Assembly: GCA_964016885.1 (NCBI GenBank)
Contig: OZ024740.1
Coordinates: 410,626,001 to 410,690,000 of the forward strand
DNA: 64,000 nucleotides
Source: Eledone cirrhosa
Taxonomy: Eukaryota
Direction: 5' to 3'
Positions 42,468 to 54,900 of the stretch are shown here, piece by piece. Under the pieces are notes generated by a model that searched no databases, was not told where the DNA came from, and worked only from the letters and a program-made list of their open reading frames with translations. Every line of letters starts with the position of its first letter. Within the stretch, counting starts at the first letter, position 1. The position numbers and the translations under genes were made by a program.

Positions 42468-43523
42468 CTATATAACACAAACATTTTAATTTACTTGATT
42501 TCTGATTTTCAATTTTCAATTTTAAATCTTGATTTCTCTTTATTAATTTGTTATTTGTTTTCTGTTTTCTGTTCTCTTCACTGTATCACCTTATATTTAT
42601 TTTAAAGTTGAGATTGATTATAACACAAACACATTTTGTTTGATTATCTTATTCTTTTATTATTTTAACATCTTGTTCCTCATACCAATCTATCCAACAT
42701 ATTTATGACCTTGAGATTGGTTATAGCACACACACACTTTATCCTACTTTATTTGAATCTTCATTTTATTTTTCACTTCTCCATATTCATTTTCATTACT
42801 TTTTCACCAATTTTTCATTTATTCTTTATTCTCTATTTATTATTTATTTTCTGTTTTCTTCCTTTATTGCCTCATATTTCTTCATATACATGGAAGAAAC
42901 CCCCCCCACCACCACCACGGGAGATGGTGGCAGGAGGGATGAAAAAACACACACAGATACTTCTAAATTGTCAGCAGCAGCAAGACATAAGCTGACCACA
43001 ACACCAACAACACTACCGAAATAAGGGTGGAGGTCAAATGTACTTAACAATAGCAAACACAAACACTACAGGGAGCCTCACCCAAGAAAGAATTTCTATA
43101 GACTTCTGAGTGAGAAATGCTCTCAAAACTGACCAATGGGAAGTTTGACATTTTTTTGTTATTTTGTTCCTTTACCACCTTATTCCTTCTACCACTTTAT
43201 CAATTTTTTAAGTTAACTCCAACAATAACAACACTACCAACACAAGAATTGAGGTCAGATGTACCTAACAATAACAAGAACAACAACTACAGATTGGCTT
43301 GCCTCAGAACGAATTTCTATAGACTTTTGACTGAAGAATGTTCTAACAACTAACCAATGAGAGGAGAAGAGGCTCTTTGACACTGAAATTCGTTTGTTTG
43401 AATTCATATGATTCCAGTTCCTCAGTGAAATAACAACCCAGCCAGGAACTGGGCATATCAGAGTATTGACAAAGTTATACACCTGAACAACACATGTACT
43501 CGTCTCTACCACACTAATTCGGA

Positions 43524-43576
43524 CTGCCTGACGAGGTTACAGCCAAAGATGGCTGTCACCGAAATATATATAGCAG
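43524..43576 (+). ncRNA. Type I hammerhead ribozyme
   Basis: CTGC-CTGACGA-ggttacagcca aaga tggctgtcacc-GAAA-TATATA-TA-GCAG, then AATAAA and (TA)n. Confidence 0.9.
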
Positions 43577-43619
43577 CAATAAACGAAGCTAAATTTCAAA
43601 CATTTGACTTATTTATTTT

Positions 43620-43676
<57 letters not shown>

Positions 43677-43929
43677 GTATCTATGTATGAAGATGTGATT
43701 TTTATCATTCCTGCACATTCGTATCGATGGATGATGTATAAGAAGAATTAATTTACATATTGTTACAAAGGAACACCCATCAACTGTAAATAGTTGCAGC
43801 TTTGTACATCAATAATTTGTTGGAATCACATATTCCGGTTTTTTACTCTTCGTAGAAAGTTTTACATATTTCGAATAGTTAACATTTCATGGAAGAAACA
43901 CTTTTTTAAAGATTCCTATATAGTGGATC

Positions 43930-44043
43930 AGGCGGCGAATTGGCAGAGTTATTAGAACGTCGGATAGAATAGATTGTGGTATTTGTTCCGACTCTCTCAG
44001 TTCAAATCCCGCCGATGTCAGCTTAGTCTTTCATTTATTCGAT
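43930..44043 (+). mobile_element. tRNA-derived SINE 5' part
   Basis: aggcggcgaattggcagagtt (A box) and gttcaaatcccgccga (B box). Confidence 0.78.
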
Positions 44044-45144
44044 ATCAACACAAAAGCAACAGTCTAGTATTAGGTTCGATTCTTCCTCTATAACTCTTTC
44101 TCACTTCCTCTCTGTTACTTACCATGGTTTTCTGGAAGAAATCTGCTATGTTGAAACCTAGAGGGACAGGCTTAAAAATGCCCAAGAAACGCCATACGTC
44201 AATACGGACCAAATCATATAGTCGTTTATATTGATATATTAGTAAATGATTCCTACATTTTTTTATCGAATTCTGAACGATGAAATTTAAAGTCATTCAC
44301 GATGTAATACGAACTCATAACTTGGAATGGGGTAACGCAAAACCACAAGATATTTTGTCAGTCACCATACAAATTCTGCCAATTTAATGGTTGAAGGGTG
44401 TAAATTACTTGTCACTTATTTGTATTACTTATTTGCGCATCGAACAACAGGTGAACATTTAGAATTTGAGGTGTCAGGCTGATATAGTTTGTGTACTGTC
44501 ATACAATAAATGGTAATTGGGAAAATTAGCATACGTCATATATTTTGAAAATTTATGAGCTAATAAATCTAACTACAAGAAATTTTAAGATGGCATATTA
44601 TTGCTATTATCATTTTCAATTTCATAAATATTCATCTCAACAAGAAGGTGAACATAGTGAATATATAACACATATTCATGTGAAATAGCGGCGGTTGAAG
44701 TTGTGATTGTAAAAGGAAAAAGACATCTAAAATAATAGAGATAAAATATTTGAAAAGAGTATAAAAAAAAATGTTGTGCTTCTGCATACGATTAACACAT
44801 ATTTGTATGGACGTCTAACGCATTGAATAAATATAGGCGTCCAACGTACACAAAGATGTCTAACAGATCAGACTTATCTGTTAGCGTTTCATTTTGATAT
44901 GGCTTGAAAGAAGAACATGCATAAATAAACCTTTGTAACAAATACATTTGTGTTAAAATTATAAAAAAAGAGAAGCTGTCATCTATGAAGAAACGAAACT
45001 GATTTACAGTTTCGATTTTTATGCATTGATAATATAACACGGTCACTTATTTTATCTTGTATTGAAGCTTGGAGCAGAAAATCGGAGTCTGGTTAGGATA
45101 TAGGGTGGTAATCTCCCTCTCTCACTTTATACATACATAGTACT

Positions 45145-45228
<84 letters not shown>

Positions 45229-45331
45229 ATATATAGTATATACTTGTATATATAAGTATAAACATATATATATGTGGAATCCATCCTTTACCAGTTTTAC
45301 CCGATGAGTAAATTAAATATATAATAAATTA

Positions 45332-45957
45332 ATCTATTGTTCTTTACACTTATAATTCTATATAGTTCTGATTAATTTATTATTTATTTAATTCATTCAT
45401 CAAGCAAAAGTAGTAAAAGAGACCACTCACATATATATGTGTTTATGCTTATGTATCTATATGCATATGTATTTACTATAATTTGTCCTAACTCCCGTAT
45501 GGTTGAGTAAAAATTAGGCTGTAAGAGACTGCTTCTTCTAGCAACTCTGTTATTCGCCATCAGTCTATCCTTCACTACCCCCCCCACTGTTGACCGTAAA
45601 ATCACGTGATAATTTCCCCCCCTTCGAAAATTGTAACTGGTAGCGGTCAGTTCGGGTAATCCGTTCTACACAGAAGGAGTCTCTTGAGAAGCCGACTACC
45701 TTACAGCTTAGGTGCACTTTAACTGCACTTTAGGTGCACACCAGTCGGCAAAACTGTAAAGTCGGGTCTACGAAGAAAAATTAGGTAATCTTTGTCTATT
45801 GTTCTTCACACTTATAATTGTGTAAGCTCTGATTAATTGATTATTTATTTAATTCAAATTCATTCATTCATCAAGCAAAATTTGTAAAGGAGAGACACCA
45901 CACATATATGTGTTTATACTTATCCATTTATATGTATATGTATTTTCTATAATTTGT
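45332..45957. repeat. ~160-bp diverged direct repeat around a structured spacer
   Basis: 45332-45487 resembles 45794-45957. (TA)n on both flanks. Confidence 0.7.
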
Positions 45958-46418
45958 TTTATATATATATATATTTGAAAAATAACACCTATAAGAGTAC
46001 TCTTTTTATCAAGATAGAGCTGGCATGAGGTACACTTCAACCAATTATTTACTTATATAAGCAGCTCACCAGGTTGGATTTAGGCTTGTTAAGTTAATTG
46101 GCAGTAACGGGAGTGAATTAATACACGACAATTAACATATGCTAACATTCTAGATGAAAATGGAAGTTTGCGAGGGACAATGAAGGAAGTTAGCAAGACT
46201 GTAGAAAGAATCCAGGGAAGGACAAGTTTCTGCGGGAACATCATTAAGTGTCGGAGTAGAATCCAGAAAGAATCCAGTCGAGAAGGGGATGGGTGTGGGG
46301 CTTAAATCAAGATATCTTTTAACAGGAAGAGAATATATTAAATGTATTAGGAAAATAACCCAACAAAAACAAATATCTACACACAGAAAAGATATGTACA
46401 CGCATTTACTTAAAAAGC

Positions 46419-46472
<54 letters not shown>

Positions 46473-46857
46473 CAAACATTCATAAAAAATAATTATAAAT
46501 GTATTTACACACAAACATGCATCTACGTCTACGTCAGACATAAGTAAATACAGATGCTCACACATGCTTATTAACATACGCGATGTATGAATATACATCC
46601 GATAAAATCAACAGGTACATTCAGTACCATTAGAAAATGCAGAAGAAAAACTACAGCACATTTGTTGGATAACCGTTAAAGTGTTGATGAACGCACGATG
46701 TTCTTTACGTAAATAACTCATAAAAAGTCTTACGTGCACAAATCGCTCCATATATCCATACATACTCTAGATACCCCTATCCAAAGTAGTGTACAACGTG
46801 TTCCCAAAGAATATACTTTATGATAGATCACTCGCGCACTTAAACATTTGAAAATAA

Positions 46858-46975
46858 TCGTTTCTAGTTGGCACAAGGCCAGCAATTACTCAGTACATTA
46901 CTAGTACTTTATTTTATCGACCCCGTAAGGATGAAAGGCAAAATTAACCTCAACGGGATTTGAACTCAGACCGTA
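46858..46975 (-). mobile_element. SINE 3' part
   Basis: ggcacaaggccagcaatt..ttttatcgaccccgtaaggatgaaagg..ggatttgaactcag. Confidence 0.82.
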
Positions 46976-47552
46976 ATAACCACTTGAGCGCTGGCTTTTC
47001 TTAAATAAATTAGAAAACGCCAACAAAAAAAGGAAATTTTAGAGAACAACAAGAACAGCAACAAAAAACTGCTGTTTATAGAATCCCTACAACTGAGGCT
47101 CCGTAGAGCGTCAAACAACCTGTCTCATTCTAAGTGCTAGGACGCTGTCATCATTAACATCGAGAGCTATAAAGACGGAGAGTATGCTCTAAGTGTTACT
47201 ACCCAAATGACGAGGAGACAGTGATTGTAAAGAAATTATAAAATGTCTGGGAGAGAAAAATAAATGTATAAATTAAATAGAGAATGAAGGAAAAAATGCC
47301 TAGAAGAAGAAAAACCGGCATGACGGACCTGGATGAATCTATTCATCAATAGAATGGCATAGAATGGCATAGAATGTTCAGTCTTAAAGAAATGCCGACG
47401 GACGTATTGAAGGAATTGAAATAAGATTAAAAAAATAGGTGCGCTAATTGACGAGCATTTAGTTTCCAGTATGTGGACAATGACATTTTATTGAAACTTA
47501 CATTACACTAGCAGAACATATTCCGTTAGTGTGTAATTATAAAAAAAAAAAT

Positions 47553-47720
47553 GCTTCTACTTTTGTCACAAGACCAGCAATTATCCTAGTGCATTACTGG
47601 TACTTTATTTTATCGACCCCTTAAGGATGAAAGGCAAAGTTAACCTCGGCGGGATTTGAACTCAGAACGTAAAGAGATGTATACTGCAAAGCATGGTGTC
47701 CGACCCTCCACCGATACTAA
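47553..47720 (-). mobile_element. tRNA-derived SINE
   Basis: Same family motifs as 12407-12601, on the minus strand. Confidence 0.85.
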
Positions 47721-48725
47721 TGATTGGTCATTTTATTCGTACTCCAACAGCAAACACTTCAGGAATACTAGTTTTCAGTACCAGGTGCAGAATGTGATCA
47801 TGTTCTAAGCAAGGTAATGGCTTCTCACTTGTGTGTGAATGAGCTACCCTTAAATTTATTTATTCCTATTTATTTTTACATATAATTATTTATTGTGCAT
47901 AATCAGTCTTTCTTCATAATTTTTATGTATTTTAATATATTGTATAATGATTAAAGCTCAGTCTCTGTTTCTAGATAACATCACACATCTTGTAACTTCG
48001 TTTGTATTGATTCTACTGTTGTTGTTGTTGTTGTCGTCGTCGTCGTCGTTGTTGTTGTTGTTGTTCTATTGTCTTATTTTATGGTGCGCTGTTTCTTACA
48101 TCGAAACTTTCGTTGTATAGCGATTTTGTTTTTATGTTTATCTATTGTATTGAGAATAGTCTACAAAATACATATCTCCATCCTGTTTATTTATATAAGT
48201 ACGGATGTTTTGCTTTACGCATTCGTCTGCACCTGTTTATATTTATTCCTAAAGCTCATGGCTATTGATTCTGTTTTCAATTAGTACAATCTGGTTATCA
48301 ATTTCAAGTCTTGTATGTTTTCGATAGATTTTTTTTCCATTTCTGCCTATATTTCTGATAGACTTTGTAACACCACCATCACCACAACGACGACGACAGC
48401 CTCCACCATGAATGAAGGCGTTGTCAAAATAATTCAAAATCTTTAAAGGGGAATGTATATGAAACAACAAAGTAAAACGAAACTCAATATGCATCGCAAT
48501 TGGTTTATTCTTGGACATGCCAACACCAGGAAAAATTGACATAGTAAGAATATAACAGTGATGAAATATACAGATCGAATTGTTTATTTGGAATCAACGA
48601 ACTATATATATTGTTACCAAAAGTCCATATCTATAACGTGTGCACTGCAAACAAAGAAAAAAATGTGTATACGCAAAGGAGAGAAGGTGTATGTTTCTAT
48701 ACATTTTTGTATGTATGTGAATGTG

Positions 48726-48728
<3 letters not shown>

Positions 48729-48759
<31 letters not shown>

Positions 48760-48931
48760 GTTTTGATTATGCAGGACACAATTAATCCCTAAGTAGGGGT
48801 GGGTCCTGCCTGACAACGCGGCTTAGCCTCCTGAGCCATGTGTTTCTGTCTGTCGGTCTCACTTGATTCCGACGGACAACCTCCATGCAAGTCCTTTTTG
48901 GTCTTCCTGGGCCTCTACTACCCCCTGGATC
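48729..48931 (-). mobile_element. 3' end of an RTE-clade LINE with (GAT)n tail
   Basis: Minus frame DPGGSRGPGRPKRTCMEVV..DRNTW..* (RTE C-terminal GxRxRGRP..W..DR..W), short UTR and (GAT)9. Confidence 0.75.
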
Positions 48932-51900
48932 GACATTGTTGTTGTTATTGCTGGTGGTGGTGGCATGTTGTTGTTATTGGTGGTGGTGGTGGCATTGTTG
49001 TTGTTGTTGGTGGTGGTGGTGGCATTGTTGTTGTTGTTGGTGGTGGTGGTGGCATTGTTGTTATTGGTGGTGGTGGTGGCATTGTTGTTGTTGTTATTGC
49101 TGGTGGTGGTGGCATTGTTGTTGTTGTTATTGCTGGTGGTGGTGACATTGTTGTTGTTATTGGTGGTGGTGGTGGCATTGTTGTTGTTATTGGTGGTGGT
49201 GGTGGCATTGTTGTTGTTGTTATTGCTGGTGGTGGTGACATTGTTGTTGTTATTGGTGGTGGTGGTGGCATTGTTGTTGTTGTTATTGCTGGTGGTGGTG
49301 ACATTGTTGTTGTTATTGGTGGTGGTGGTGGCATTGTTGTTGTTATTGGTGGTGGTGGTGGCATTGTTGTTGTTATTGGTGGTGGTGGTGGCATTGTTGT
49401 TGTTATTGGTGGTGGTGGTGGCATTGTTGTTGTTATTGGTGGTGGTGGTGGCATTGTTGTTGTTATTGCTGGTGGTGGTGGCATTGTTGTTGTTATTGGT
49501 GGTGGTGGTGGCATTGTTGTTGTTATTGGTGGTGGTGGTGGCATTGTTGTTGTTATTGGTGGTGGTGGTGGCATTGTTGTTGTTATTGCTGGTGGTGGTG
49601 ACATTGTTGTTGTTATTGGTGGTGGTGGTGGCATTGTTGTTGTTATTGGTGGTGGTGGTGGCATTGTTGTTGTTGTTATTGCTGGTGGTGGTGACATTGT
49701 TGTTGTTATTGCTGGTGGTGGTGGCATTGTTGTTGTTGTTATTGCTGGTGGTGGTGGCATTGTTGTTGTTATTGCTGGTGGTGGTGGCATTGTTGTTGTT
49801 ATTGCTGGTGGTGGTGGCATTGTTGTTGTTGTTGCTGGTGGTGGTGGCATTGTTGTTGTTATTATTGCTGGTGGTGGTGGCATTGTTGTTGTTATTGGTG
49901 GTGGTGGTGGCATTGTTGTTGTTATTGGTGGTGGTGGTGGCATTGTTGTTGTTATTGGTGGTGGTGGTGGCACTGTTGTTGTTATTGGTGGTGGTGGTGG
50001 CACTGTTGTTGTTATTGGTGGTGGTGGTGGCATTGTTGTTGTTATTGGTGGTGGTGGTGGCATTGTTGTTGTTATTGTTGGTGGTGGTGGCATTGTTGTT
50101 GTTGTTGCTGGTGGTGGTGGCATTGTTGTTGTTATTGGTGGTGGTGGTGGCATTGTTGTTGTTGTTATTGCTGGTGGTGGTGGCATTGTTGTTGTTATTG
50201 GTGGTGGTGGTGGCATTGTTGTTGTTATTGGTGGTGGTGGTGGCATTGTTGTTGTTATTGGTGGTGGTGGTGGCATTGTTGTTGTTATTGCTGGTGGTGG
50301 TGGCATTGTTGTTGTTGTTGCTGGTGGTGGTGGCATTGTTGTTGTTATTGGTGGTGGTGGTGGCATTGTTGTTGTTGTTATTGCTGGTGGTGGTGGCATT
50401 GTTGTTGTTATTGGTGGTGGTGGTGGCATTGTTGTTGTTATTGGTGGTGGTGGTGGCATTGTTGTTGTTATTGCTGGTGGTGGTGGCATTGTTGTTGTTA
50501 TTGCTGGTGGTGGTGGCATTGTTGTTGTTATTGGTGGTGGTGGTGGCATTGTTGTTGTTGTTATTGCTGGTGGTGGTGGCATTGTTGTTGTTATTGGTGG
50601 TGGTGGTGGCATTGTTGTTGTTATTGGTGGTGGTGGTGGCATTGTTGTTGTTATTGGTGGTGGTGGTGGCATTGTTGTTGTTATTGCTGGTGGTGGTGGC
50701 ATTGTTGTTGTTGTTGCTGGTGGTGGTGGCATTGTTGTTGTTATTGGTGGTGGTGGTGGCATTGTTGTTGTTGTTATTGCTGGTGGTGGTGGCATTGTTG
50801 TTGTTATTGGTGGTGGTGGTGGCATTGTTGTTGTTATTGGTGGTGGTGGTGGCATTGTTGTTGTTATTGCTGGTGGTGGTGGCATTGTTGTTGTTATTGC
50901 TGGTGGTGGTGGCATTGTTGTTGTTATTGCTGGTGGTGGTGGCATTGTTGTTGTTGTTATTGCTGGTGGTGGTGGCATTGTTGTTGTTATTGGTGGTGGT
51001 GGTGGCATTGTTGTTGTTGTTGCTGGTGGTGGTGGCATTGTTGTTGTTATTGCTGGTGGTGGTGGCATGTTGTTGTTATTGCTGGTGGTGGTGGCATTGT
51101 TGTTGTTATTGCTGGTGGTGGTGGCATTGTTGTTGTTGTTATTGCTGGTGGTGGTGGCATTGTTGTTGTTATTGGTGGTGGTGGTGGCATTGTTGTTGTT
51201 GTTATTGGTGGTGGTGGTGGCATTGTTGTTGTTATTGCTGGTGGTGGTGGCATTGTTGTTGTTATTGCTGGTGGTGGTGGCATTGTTGTTGTTATTGGTG
51301 GTGGTGGTGGCATTGTTGTTGTTGTTATTGCTGGTGGTGGTGGCATTGTTGTTGTTATTGCTGGTGGTGGTGGCATTGTTGTTGTTATTGGTGGTGGTGG
51401 TGGCATTGTTGTTGTTATTGCTGGTGGTGGTGGCATTGTTGTTGTTATTGCTGGTGGTGGTGGCATTGTTGTTGTTATTGCTGGCGGTGGTGGCATTGTT
51501 GTTGTTGTTATTGCTGGTGGTGGTGACATTGTTGTTGTTATTGGTGGTGGTGGTGGCATTGTTGTTGTTATTGCTGGCGGTGGTGGCATTGTTGTTGTTA
51601 TTGCTGGTGGTGGTGGCATTGTTGTTGTTATTGGTGGTGGTGGTGGCATTGTTGTTGTTATTGCTGGTGGTGGTGGCATTGTTGTTGTTATTGCTGGTGG
51701 TGGTGGCATTGTTGTTGTTGTTATTGCTGGTGGTGGTGGCATTGTTGTTGTTATTGGTGGTGGTGGTGGCATTGTTGTTGTTATTGCTGGTGGTGGTGGC
51801 ATTGTTGTTGTTATTGGTGGTGGTGGTGGCATTGTTGTTGTTATTGCTGGTGGTGGTGGCATTGTTGTTGTTATTGCTGGTGGTGGTGGCATTGTTGTTG

Positions 51901-54900
51901 TTATTGGTGGTGGTGGTGGCATTGTTGTTGTTATTGGTGGTGGTGGTGGCATTGTTGTTGTTGTTATTGCTGGTGGTGGTGGCATTGTTGTTGTTATTGG
52001 TGGTGGTGGTGACATTGTTGTTGTTGTTATTGCTGGTGGTGGTGGCATTGTTGTTGTTATTGGTGGTGGTGGTGACATTGTTGTTGTTGTTATTGCTGGT
52101 GGTGGTGGCATTGTTGTTGTTATTGGTGGTGGTGGTGACATTGTTGTTGTTATTGGTGGTGGTGGTGACATTGTTGTTGTTGTTATTGCTGGTGGTGGTG
52201 GCATTGTTGTTGTTGTTATTGCTGGTGGTGGTGGCATTGTTGTTGTTATTGGTGGTGGTGGTGACATTGTTGTTGTTGTTATTGCTGGTGGTGGTGGCAT
52301 TGTTGTTGTTATTGGTGGTGGTGGTGACATTGTTGTTGTTGTTATTGCTGGTGGTGGTGGCATTGTTGTTGTTATTGGTGGTGGTGGTGACATTGTTGTT
52401 GTTGTTATTGCTGGTGGTGGTGGCATTGTTGTTGTTGTTATTGCTGGTGGTGGTGGCATTGTTGTTGTTATTGGTGGTGGTGGTGGCATTGTTGTTGTTA
52501 TTGGTGGTGGTGGTGGCATTGTTGTTGTTGTTATTGCTGGTGGTGGTGGCATTGTTGTTGTTGTTATTGCTGGTGGTGGTGGCATTGTTGTTGTTGTTGC
52601 TGGTGGTGGTGGCATTGTTGTTGTTATTGGTGGTGGTGGTGGTGGCATTGTTGTTGTTGTTATTGCTGGTGGTGGTGGCATTGTTGTTGTTATTGCTGGT
52701 GGTGGTGGCATTGTTGTTGTTATTGCTGGTGGTGGTGGCATTGTTGTTATTATTGGTGGTGGTGGTGGCATTGTTGTTGTTATTGCTGGTGGTGGTGGCA
52801 TTGTTGTTGTTGTTATTGCTGGTGGTGGTGGCATTGTTGTTGTTGTTATTGCTGGTGGTGGTGGCATTGTTGTTGTTGTTATTGCTGGTGGTGGTGGCAT
52901 TGTTGTTGTTATTGCTGGTGGTGGTGGCATTGTTGTTGTTGTTATTGCTGGTGGTGGTGGCATTGTTGTTGTTGTTATTGCTGGTGGTGGTGGCATTGTT
53001 GTTGTTGTTGCTGGTGGTGGTGGCATTGTTGTTGTTGTTGCTGGTGGTGGTGGCATTGTTGTTGTTATTGGTGGTGGTGGTGGTGGCATTGTTGTTGTTA
53101 TTGCTGGTGGTGGTGGCATTGTTGTTGTTGTTGCTGGTGGTGGTGGCATTGTTGTTGTTGTTGCTGGTGGTGGTGGCATTGTTGTTGTTATTGGTGGTGG
53201 TGGTGGTGGCATTGTTGTTGTTATTGGTGGTGGTGGTGGCATTGTTGTTGTTGTTGCTGGTGGTGGTGGCATTGTTGTTGTTATTGGTGGTGGTGGTGGC
53301 ATTGTTGTTGTTGTTGCTGGTGGTGGTGGCATTGTTGTTGTTATTGTTGGTGGTGGTGGCATTGTTGTTGTTATTGGTGGTGGTGGTGGTGGCATTGTTG
53401 TTGTTATTGCTGGTGGTGGTGGAATTGTTGTTGTTATTGCTGGTGGTGGTGGCATTGTTGTTGTTATTGCTGGTGGTGGTGGCATTGTAGTTGTTATTGC
53501 TGGTGGTGGTGGAATTGTTGTTGTTATTGCTGGTGGTGGTGGCATTGTAGTTGTTATTGCTGGTGGTGGTGGCATTGTTGTTGTTATTGCTGGTGGTGGT
53601 GGCATTGTTGTTGTTGTTATTGCTGGTGGTGGTGGCATTGTTGTAGTTGTTATTGCTGGTGGTGGTGGCATTGTTGTAGTTGTTATTGCTGGTGGTGGTG
53701 GCATTGTTGTTGTTATTGCTGGTGGTGGTGGTGGCATTGTTGTTATTGCTGGTGGTGGTGGAATTGTTGTTGTTATTGCTGGTGGTGGTAGTGGCATTGT
53801 TGTTGTTATTGGTGGTGGTGGTGGCATTGTTGTTGTTATTGCTGGTGGTGGTGGCATTGTTGTTGTTATTGGTGGTGGTTGTGGCATTGTTGTTGTTGTT
53901 GCTGGTGGTGGTGGCATTGTTGTTGTTATTGCTGGTGGTGGTGGTGGCATTGTTGTTGTTATTGCTGGTGGTGGTGGCATTGTTGTAGTTGTTATTGCTG
54001 GTGGTGGTGGCATTGTTGTTGTTATTGCTGGTGGTGGTGGTGGCATTGTTGTTGTTATTGCTGGTGGTGGTGGCATTGTTGTAGTTGTTATTGCTGGTGG
54101 TGGTGGCATTGTTGTTGTTATTGCTGGTGGTGGTGGTGGCATTGTTGTTGTTGTTGCTGGTGGTGGTGGCATTGTTGTTGTTATTGCTGGTGGTGGTGGT
54201 GGCATTGTTGTTGTTATTGCTGGTGGTGGTGGTGGCATTGTTGTTGTTATTGCTGGTGGTGGTGGCATTGTTGTTGTTATTGCTGGTGGTGGTGGCATGT
54301 TGTTGTTATTGCTGGTGGTGGTGGCATTGTTGTTGTTGTTATTGCTGGTGGTGGTGGCATTGTTGTTGTTGTTATTGCTGGTGGTGGTGGCATTGTTGTT
54401 GTTATTGGTGGTGGTTGTGGCATTGTTGTTGTTGTTATTGCTGGTGGTGGTGGCATTGTTGTTGTTATTGGTGGTGGTTGTGGCATTGTTGTTGTTGTTA
54501 TTGCTGGTGGTGGTGGCATTGTTGTTGTTATTGCTGGTGGTGGTGGTGGCATTGTTGTTGTTGTTGCTGGTGGTGGTGGCATTGTTGTTGTTATTGCTGG
54601 TGGTGGTGGTGGCATTGTTGTTGTTATTGCTGGTGGTGGTGGCATTGTTGTTGTTATTGCTGGTGGTGGTGGCATTGTTGTTGTTGTTATTGCTGGTGGT
54701 TGTGGCATTGTTGTTGTTGTTATTGCTGGTGGTGGTGGCATTGTTGTTGTTATTGCTGGTGGTGGTGGTGGCATTGTTGTTGTTATTGCTGGTGGTGGTG
54801 GTGGCATTGTTGTTGTTATTGCTGGTGGTGGTGGCATTGTTGTTGTTATTGCTGGTGGTGGTGGCATTGTTGTTGTTATTGCTGGTGGTGGTGGCATGTT

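Noticed and set aside
47230-47430. Possible RTE 3' remnant (EGKMPRRRK-like)
   Set aside because: Too decayed to support without a profile search.
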